From: Alphaproteobacteria bacterium
Lineage (GTDB): Bacteria; Pseudomonadota; Alphaproteobacteria; SP197
DNA: 64,000 nucleotides
Assembly: GCA_965228895.1 (NCBI GenBank)
Contig: OZ245842.1
Location: 1,056,001-1,120,000 of the forward strand
Direction of reading: 5' to 3'
Positions 58,506 through 64,000 of this stretch are shown in pieces. How positions within the stretch are numbered: position 1 is the stretch's first letter; the number at the start of each line of letters is the position of its first letter. Made by a program: the position numbers and the translations under genes. The notes below the pieces were generated by a model. That model was not told the DNA's origin, ran no database searches, and saw only the letters and a program-made list of their open reading frames with translations.

Positions 58506-59651
58506 CTAGCGAACGTAAATGCGGACCTGGTTGACGTCGGCATCGCCGGCGGTGATCGCCGAGAGCGTCAGCCGGTCGGCCGGCAGTCCCATTTCTGAAA
58601 GCGACCGCAGGACATCTTCGGCGTTACGCTTGACAGCGCTGCTGTTGAGCGCGACCTCGCCGGCCGAACCGGCGGCAGGCGCCACGGCGACCAGATCGAA
58701 CAGCGCGCCGGGCTTGCGTTCGAGCGCCGCGCTGACCGCCTGATAGAGCGCGTCCTGATAGGCGACGTCATCATCGGCGAAGCGGATCACGACCAGCGGC
58801 TCACGGGTGGCGAGCGCGACTTCACTGGTCATGGCCGCCGGTGCCTGAAGCGTGCCCAACTGATCAAGCGCCGGGCCATAGAGACGGCCGCTGTTGATCG
58901 CCTGGGCCAGTTGGGTCAGACGCCGGCGTTCGGCGTTGACGTAGACGGTCTGGCGTTCGACCAGCGAGTTCAGGTCGTTCAGCGTGCGCTCGACGGTGAC
59001 GATCGTGCGGTTGTTTTCGTCTTCGAGCACGCCGAGCTGGCGATGGTCTTCCTCGACCGCACCGGAAAGCCGGAACGTCGCGTCGATGGCGTCGGAGATA
59101 TAGCTGGTCAGCGCCGCGTTCGACGCGACCGCGCTGTTCAGCGTGTTGAAGATCGCGACATCGTTGGCGACCTGCTCCAGCTGCGCCTGGGCGGCGTTGT
59201 ACTGACTGACCAGGACCGGATTGCCCGGCGTTGTGCCGATCTGCAGGCGCGCGGTGATCGCGGCGACGCTGGCGTAATAGCGCTGGGCGTTCTGTTCGGC
59301 GATGACGCGTTGGTTCTCATAGCTGTTGCGGTTCTGGCGCACCGAGGACTTGAGCTGCTCCAGTTCGCCCGCCAGTTCGCGGACCTTCTGGCCGACAAAG
59401 GTGCCGGTGTTGCCGAACGCGGTGTTGTCGATCTGGGTTTCGGTGACGCTGCCGACCGGCTCGACGACGATGGTGTCGTCGCTGTAGAGCACGACACTTT
59501 CGCCGTCCGCCATTTGTCCCTGCTCAGCAGCCGCCTCGCCGGCAGGATCCTCGCCGGTCAGGGTGGGAAACAGGACGGAGTCGGCGGTCTCGCAACCGGC
59601 GAGCAGAAACACGGCCCCAAAGAGCCCGATCCAACGGTGCGAGAAAGTCAT
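58506..59651 (-). CDS. Hypothetical lipoprotein (coiled coil plus OmpA-C-like domain)
   Basis: Lipobox LAGC, long Q/N/E/L helical region, C-terminal VVIRF...RNAEDVLRSL.EMGLPADRL...VRIYVR. Confidence 0.8.
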   Translation of the reverse strand: MTFSHRWIGLFGAVFLLAGCETADSVLFPTLTGEDPAGEAAAEQGQMADGESVVLYSDDTIVVEPVGSVTETQIDNTAFGNTGTFVGQKVRELAGELEQLKSSVRQNRNSYENQRVIAEQNAQRYYASVAAITARLQIGTTPGNPVLVSQYNAAQAQLEQVANDVAIFNTLNSAVASNAALTSYISDAIDATFRLSGAVEEDHRQLGVLEDENNRTIVTVERTLNDLNSLVERQTVYVNAERRRLTQLAQAINSGRLYGPALDQLGTLQAPAAMTSEVALATREPLVVIRFADDDVAYQDALYQAVSAALERKPGALFDLVAVAPAAGSAGEVALNSSAVKRNAEDVLRSLSEMGLPADRLTLSAITAGDADVNQVRIYVR

Positions 59652-59809
59652 CAGACGCAGCCTATCGCTTTGACAAGTATAGTAAAAATGCTGATCCCCC
59701 CGGATCGGCTTAAACCCCGAATGCCGATCCCCTAATGGGCCGGATACTACGCGACGGCCAGACCGGCTACAAGGTTGAATTCCCTGGCATTTCAACCTGT
59801 GCTTGGGGC

Positions 59810-59838
59810 TTGCGGGCGGGCCCGGCTTCGACTAGGTT
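59810..59838 (+). promoter_or_regulatory. Putative sigma70 promoter of tRNA-Arg
   Basis: TTGCGG-N17-TAGGTT followed by a GC-rich discriminator. Confidence 0.5.
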
Positions 59839-59880
59839 CCGCCTCCGGCGAGACGGGCAGACCGCCCGCCGCCGACCGGT

Positions 59881-59957
59881 GCACCCCTAGCTCAACTGGA
59901 TAGAGCACCTGACTACGGATCAGGAGGTTGGGGGTTCGAATCCTCCGGGGTGCGCCA
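59881..59957 (+). tRNA. tRNA-Arg (anticodon ACG)
   Basis: Acceptor stem GCACCCC/GGGGTGC, D-arm GCTCAACTGGATAGAGC, anticodon arm CCTGA-CTACGGA-TCAGG, T-loop TTCGAAT and encoded CCA. Confidence 0.98.
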
Positions 59958-60013
59958 TTCTTTTCTTCCCATAGCGCAATAGCGGTTAGGCGACGGAGCG
60001 CCGTGTGACGGCT

Positions 60014-61360
60014 CTAGCCACGTTCGATGGTGAACCAGGCGGCGACGAAGGCCAGGAAGATCATGGCGGCGGTCACGGCAAAGACGAGTTCGAAACTGCC
60101 GGTTATGGCGAGCAGGGTGCCGCAAATCGCCATGCCGGCGGTGCCGCCGACTTGTTGAATGCCGCGCGCGACGCCGCCGGCCAGGCCGCGTTGTTCAGCG
60201 GTGACCGCGTTCATCACGGCACGCAGCGGTGGCGTGAAGAAGAACACGCCGGTCGCGCTCAAGACGATGAGCGGCGGCAGAAGATAGAGGTACGACACGC
60301 CGTCCGCCACTGCCGCCAGCCAGACGAAGGCAAGGCCCGAGAGTGCCAGGCCCCAAAGCGTTGGCCGGCGTGTGCCGAATTTGTCAGCAATCACGCCGGC
60401 GCGCGGCGCCGCGATCGGTCCCAACGCGACCGCTGCCAGCAACGTCGCGCCGGCGCCGAGCGGACTCATGTTCAGGACGTCTTGCAGATAGAGCGATCCG
60501 AAGACGAAGACGGACAGCTTGACGAACTGGCCCGCGAAAATCACCACGGCAGAGCCTGAGAACGTCTTGTTGAAGAACAGGTCCATGTCGACCAGGGGAT
60601 CGGCGACCCGGCGTTCCACGAATACGAAGCCGATCAAAACAACGATACCGGCAATGAGCATGATCAGGACTTTGTCGTCGCCCCAGCCCCATTCCGGACC
60701 CTGCATGACACCGCCCACCAGCGTGGCCATGCCGAGAACGAGGATGATGAGCCCGGCAGCGTCGAAGCGCGGACGCTTGGAAGCGTCGCGGGTTTCTCGC
60801 CACACGACGGCAATGATCACACCGATGGCGGCGACGAATGGCAGGTTGACCCAGAAGATCCAGCGCCACGACAACACTTCGGTCAGCAAGCCGCCGACGA
60901 ACGGTCCAGCGGCGATAAAGAACGTCGCAATCATGGAGACGATGCCGAGCGCCTTGCCACGCTCTTCTGCGGGAAACACGGTACTGATGATGGCCAGCGC
61001 CAACGGAAAGATGATCGCGGCGCCGATCCCCTGGATCGCGCGCGCGGCAATGATCCACGTGCCCGAGGTCGCGAACCCGCAGGCGAAGGATGCCAGACCG
61101 AAGATCGTCGCGCCGACAAGGAAGAGCGTGCGGATGCCGACGATGTCGGACAGTCGGCCCGCGCCGACAATCAGGCTTGCGAACACCAGCAGATAGGCGT
61201 TGACCACCCAGTGTGATGCGACCTGTGTCATGGCCAAGTCGTCACGGATGGTCGGCAGCGCGACGCCGACCACCGTCTCGTCGAGCACGGTCAGACCCAG
61301 CACGCCGCCAACGGCGAGAAGGATCCACCAGCGGCGGCGCTCAAGATCGCTTGTTGTCAT
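60014..61360 (-). CDS. MFS transporter, DHA2 (EmrB/QacA) type
   Basis: LDETVVGVALPTI, WVVNAYLL, GRLSDIVG, ARAIQGIG, GPFVGGLL and WRWIFWVNLP. Confidence 0.93.
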   Translation of the reverse strand: MTTSDLERRRWWILLAVGGVLGLTVLDETVVGVALPTIRDDLAMTQVASHWVVNAYLLVFASLIVGAGRLSDIVGIRTLFLVGATIFGLASFACGFATSGTWIIAARAIQGIGAAIIFPLALAIISTVFPAEERGKALGIVSMIATFFIAAGPFVGGLLTEVLSWRWIFWVNLPFVAAIGVIIAVVWRETRDASKRPRFDAAGLIILVLGMATLVGGVMQGPEWGWGDDKVLIMLIAGIVVLIGFVFVERRVADPLVDMDLFFNKTFSGSAVVIFAGQFVKLSVFVFGSLYLQDVLNMSPLGAGATLLAAVALGPIAAPRAGVIADKFGTRRPTLWGLALSGLAFVWLAAVADGVSYLYLLPPLIVLSATGVFFFTPPLRAVMNAVTAEQRGLAGGVARGIQQVGGTAGMAICGTLLAITGSFELVFAVTAAMIFLAFVAAWFTIERG

Positions 61361-61367
61361 GACGCGA

Positions 61368-61496
61368 TCAGGCGGGCGGCGTCTCGGTGTTGACCGCAGC
61401 CTCGGTTGGTAGGCTGTTGGCGAGCGCGGCGAAAAGCTTGGGCATCTCGTCCAACGCGCTTAGACAGGTTTCTAGATGTGTGAAGCCATTGGCCAT
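61368..61496 (-). CDS. Candidate 42-aa small protein upstream of the DHA2 transporter
   Basis: AAGGGGGA SD 6 nt before ATG; MANGFTHLETCLSALDEMPKLFAALANSLPTEAAVNTETPPA*; stop 7 nt before the MFS ATG. Confidence 0.5.
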   Translation of the reverse strand: MANGFTHLETCLSALDEMPKLFAALANSLPTEAAVNTETPPA

Positions 61497-61591
61497 GCTG
61501 TGTCCCCCTTTGGCTTAACGGCCAATCTACGGAAGTTCCGTGGTGAGTAAAACCGCACTGGTACGCCGTCTGCTGGACAAACGATGCCAAT

Positions 61592-62509
61592 TCAGTGGCG
61601 TTTGCTCTCCTGCCATGTGTCCTCTTGCGCCTGCAGCTCGGTCGTCAGCCAATCGAAGAAGGATTGCGCACCATCGGTCACGTCGCCGCGGCTAGGGCGG
61701 ACCAGATAGTAGCCTCGTCGAATGGGCACGGTTTTCTCGAAAGGCCGTACGAGGGTCCCCTTGGCCAGGGCGTCGTATGTGAGAACGTTGTCACCAAGCG
61801 CAAACCCCTCGCCGGCCTCGGCGGCTTGCAGGGCAAGGTGAATGCTGGAGACCCGTGGGCCTTTGTTGGCGGCGACATCCTTGACACCGGCCCGCTGGAA
61901 CCAGCGTTGCCACATATCTCTCGTGCTTTCGTGAATGAGGGTGAAGCCGGCAACGGCTTTGAGATCGTTGCCAAGCTCATGGCTATCGGCGAGCGTCGGA
62001 CTGCACACCGGAAACATTTCAACATCGGCGAGGCGGATGACGTCAACGTCCTCCCATTCGCCAGTCCCAAATCGAATGCCGATTTGCGCCGCGTTGCTGC
62101 GAAAGTTAACGACCTCGTTGGTCGGTTCGATGTTCAACTCGACATCGGGACAGACCGATTGAATCTCACCAAGACGCGGAACCAGCCATCGAAAGGCAAA
62201 GGCGACTTCGACGCTGACGGTGAGGGCGCACGAGGCGTCGTCTCCGCGTATCTCGCGTGTCGCGGCTAGGAGGTCGTCGAAGATAGGGGTGAGCCGCTTC
62301 AGGTAACGTCCGCCAACCTCGGTCAGTGTGACGCCCTGGGGATGGCGCACGAACAGCTCAGCGCCCAGCCATTGTTCCAGCAGCCGAACATGGCGGCTGA
62401 TGGCCGCATGGGTGACGAAGAGCTCGTTGGCAGCCCGGGTGAAACTCTCACGCCGTGCTGCGGCTTCGAAGGCCCGAAGGGCGTTCAAGGAGGGGAGGTC
62501 GCGGGCCAT
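61592..62509 (-). CDS. LysR family regulator, GcvA/AmpR type
   Basis: LPSLNALRAFEAAAR.ESFT.AA.EL.VT.AAISR, RWLVPRL and GIRFG.G.W. Confidence 0.93.
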   Translation of the reverse strand: MARDLPSLNALRAFEAAARRESFTRAANELFVTHAAISRHVRLLEQWLGAELFVRHPQGVTLTEVGGRYLKRLTPIFDDLLAATREIRGDDASCALTVSVEVAFAFRWLVPRLGEIQSVCPDVELNIEPTNEVVNFRSNAAQIGIRFGTGEWEDVDVIRLADVEMFPVCSPTLADSHELGNDLKAVAGFTLIHESTRDMWQRWFQRAGVKDVAANKGPRVSSIHLALQAAEAGEGFALGDNVLTYDALAKGTLVRPFEKTVPIRRGYYLVRPSRGDVTDGAQSFFDWLTTELQAQEDTWQESKRH

Positions 62510-62518
62510 GCAGTAGTA

Positions 62519-62531
62519 TAACTTTTCCTTA
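62519..62531. promoter_or_regulatory. Candidate LysR T-N11-A site
   Basis: TAA-CTTTTCC-TTA dyad in the AT-rich patch 10 nt upstream of the regulator ATG. Confidence 0.5.
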
Positions 62532-62619
62532 CAGGCCCTGTCGAACAAAGCCGTTTGCGGACGTGACGGCCACTTCTCAGATTGCCCTTACACACTCTTA
62601 CACAAGGGCACGACATCCC

Positions 62620-62847
62620 ATGAATCAGCTAGGCCCGTGGGCAGTTTTACAAGCGATCGATCTGTTGTTGGGAAAAAGCAGCCAAGATACGCCGGACGAG
62701 GCGTTCGCGTGGGGCAGGCCGCAGAGGTTCTCCGTTGGCCGCATTGTTGAGGATCAGCAGCGCAGCCTTCGTGGCCATCATGACGTGATCACCGTCGGGC
62801 GTACGCCTTCACGAAAAGGCATGCCTGAAACCAACCAATGCACCTGA
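62620..62847 (+). CDS. Candidate 75-aa hypothetical protein divergent from the GcvA-type regulator
   Basis: ORF MNQLGPWAVLQAIDLLLG... fills the otherwise empty gap; AAGGG upstream; atypical codon use. Confidence 0.4.
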   Translation: MNQLGPWAVLQAIDLLLGKSSQDTPDEAFAWGRPQRFSVGRIVEDQQRSLRGHHDVITVGRTPSRKGMPETNQCT

Positions 62848-62874
62848 GCGACCGGCCGACTTACTCACGCTTGC

Positions 62875-64000
62875 TCAAGGATGCTGGTTGGCGGCCCGTG
62901 TCATCATGGCGTGCAGCAGAACATCGCACCCGGCGGCGAGATCCTCCGGCGTCGCGCTTTCCGCTTCGTTGTGGCTGAGACCGCCCGCGCAGGGCACGAA
63001 GACCATCGATGTCGGCACTTTGCGCGCGACCATGCAGGCATCGTGGCCCGCGCCGGACACCATGTCGCGATGATCAAACCGCAGATCCGTCGCCGCCCGG
63101 CGCACGGCATCGACACAGGCGAAATCAAAAACCACCGGCGGGTTGTGCCAGATCTCCTCGATCGAGATATCGACACCGCGCTTGTCGGCGATGGCCGCAA
63201 GGTCCTGTCGAAGTAATTCACCCATGGTCTGCAGCACGTCGTCATCGGGATGGCGCAGGTCGATGGTGAAGTCGATCTGGCCCGGAATGGTGTTGCGTGA
63301 GTTGGGCGCGACCGCCAACGATCCAACGGTCGCGACGGCGTCGGGCGGGTTGTTATGCGCCATCGCTTCGACCGCGGCGATCATCGGCGCGGTTGCGGCC
63401 AGCGCGTCCCGGCGACCTTCCATCGGGGTTGAGCCTGAATGGGCATCTTGGCCGGTAACGCGAACATCGAACCATCGCTGGCCCTGGCCGCCGACCACGA
63501 CACCGATCGTCTGGCCTTCGCGCTCCAGGATCGGACCCTGCTCAATATGGACTTCGAAGAGGGCGCCGAGCGGGTGCTTGCCGCACGGTTCCTCACCGGC
63601 ATAGCCGATGCGTTTGAGTTCGCCACCCAAGGTCTTGCCGTTGCCGTCCTCGCGCGACCACGCATGGTCAATGTCGAAGAGGCCGGCATAGACGCCCGAC
63701 GAAATCATCGCGGGGGCAAAGCGTGAGCCCTCTTCGTTGGTCCACACGACGATCTCAACTGGCGCATCAGTTTCGATGCCATGGTCATTCAGCGTGCGCA
63801 CCGCCTCTAGCCCGGCGAGTACGCCATAGACTCCATCGAACTTGCCGCCATGGGGTTGGGTGTCGAGGTGGCTGCCTGTCGCGATCGGTGGCAGGTCGTC
63901 GCAGCGTCCCGGGCGTCGGGCGAAGATGTTGCCCATGTTGTCCAGCGAGATGGTGCAGCCGGCGTCCTTGCACCACGCGACGAATAGATCGCGCCCGGCC
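62875..64000 (-). CDS. Zn-dependent hydrolase, N-carbamoyl-L-amino acid/beta-ureidopropionase family (5' end beyond the window)
   Basis: GSHLDTQPHGGKFDG.YGV, WTNEEGSRF, EVHIEQGP, SGAGHDA and SHNEAE. Confidence 0.93.
   Translation of the reverse strand, partial: AGRDLFVAWCKDAGCTISLDNMGNIFARRPGRCDDLPPIATGSHLDTQPHGGKFDGVYGVLAGLEAVRTLNDHGIETDAPVEIVVWTNEEGSRFAPAMISSGVYAGLFDIDHAWSREDGNGKTLGGELKRIGYAGEEPCGKHPLGALFEVHIEQGPILEREGQTIGVVVGGQGQRWFDVRVTGQDAHSGSTPMEGRRDALAATAPMIAAVEAMAHNNPPDAVATVGSLAVAPNSRNTIPGQIDFTIDLRHPDDDVLQTMGELLRQDLAAIADKRGVDISIEEIWHNPPVVFDFACVDAVRRAATDLRFDHRDMVSGAGHDACMVARKVPTSMVFVPCAGGLSHNEAESATPEDLAAGCDVLLHAMMTRAANQHP

Noticed and set aside
59881-64000. Possible genomic island at tRNA-Arg
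   Set aside because: No integrase, and I saw no repeat of the tRNA 3' end within the window. It cannot be excluded beyond the window edge.

Overview
64 kb of GC-rich alphaproteobacterial core chromosome (Rhodospirillales-like by gene order and protein style; an inference). It holds about 65 apparently intact CDSs in several conserved blocks: secA/parvulin/argJ/GNATs/mutT/methyltransferase/comF/grxC/nitrilase/DUF1178; the cyoABCD quinol oxidase; folD/cytochrome c/kdsB/pheA/nudC/ffs/dnaX/ybaB/recR; nfeD/2xSPFH/rmuC/def/fmt/truA; and dapE/dapD/argB/yihA/yidC/yidD/rnpA/rpmH. There is one SRP RNA and one tRNA-Arg(ACG). I found no transposase, integrase, prophage, CRISPR array or defence island, and I cannot claim a clearly new system. 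The best leads are: (i) three copies of a ~70-nt GC-rich palindromic REP/MITE-like element with a compensatory indel and G-quadruplex-type motifs, each between convergent genes; (ii) a FolD lacking the cyclohydrolase Lys (YxxxQ); (iii) a GcvA-type LysR next to the tRNA, flanked by two candidate small ORFs; (iv) a VTT/DedA, secreted cupredoxin-like and flavoprotein disulfide reductase trio; (v) a membrane cytochrome c with an acidic 11-mer repeat tail; (vi) three separate tandem paralogue pairs (GNAT, SPFH, SDR). All family calls come from motif recognition by eye; no searches were run.
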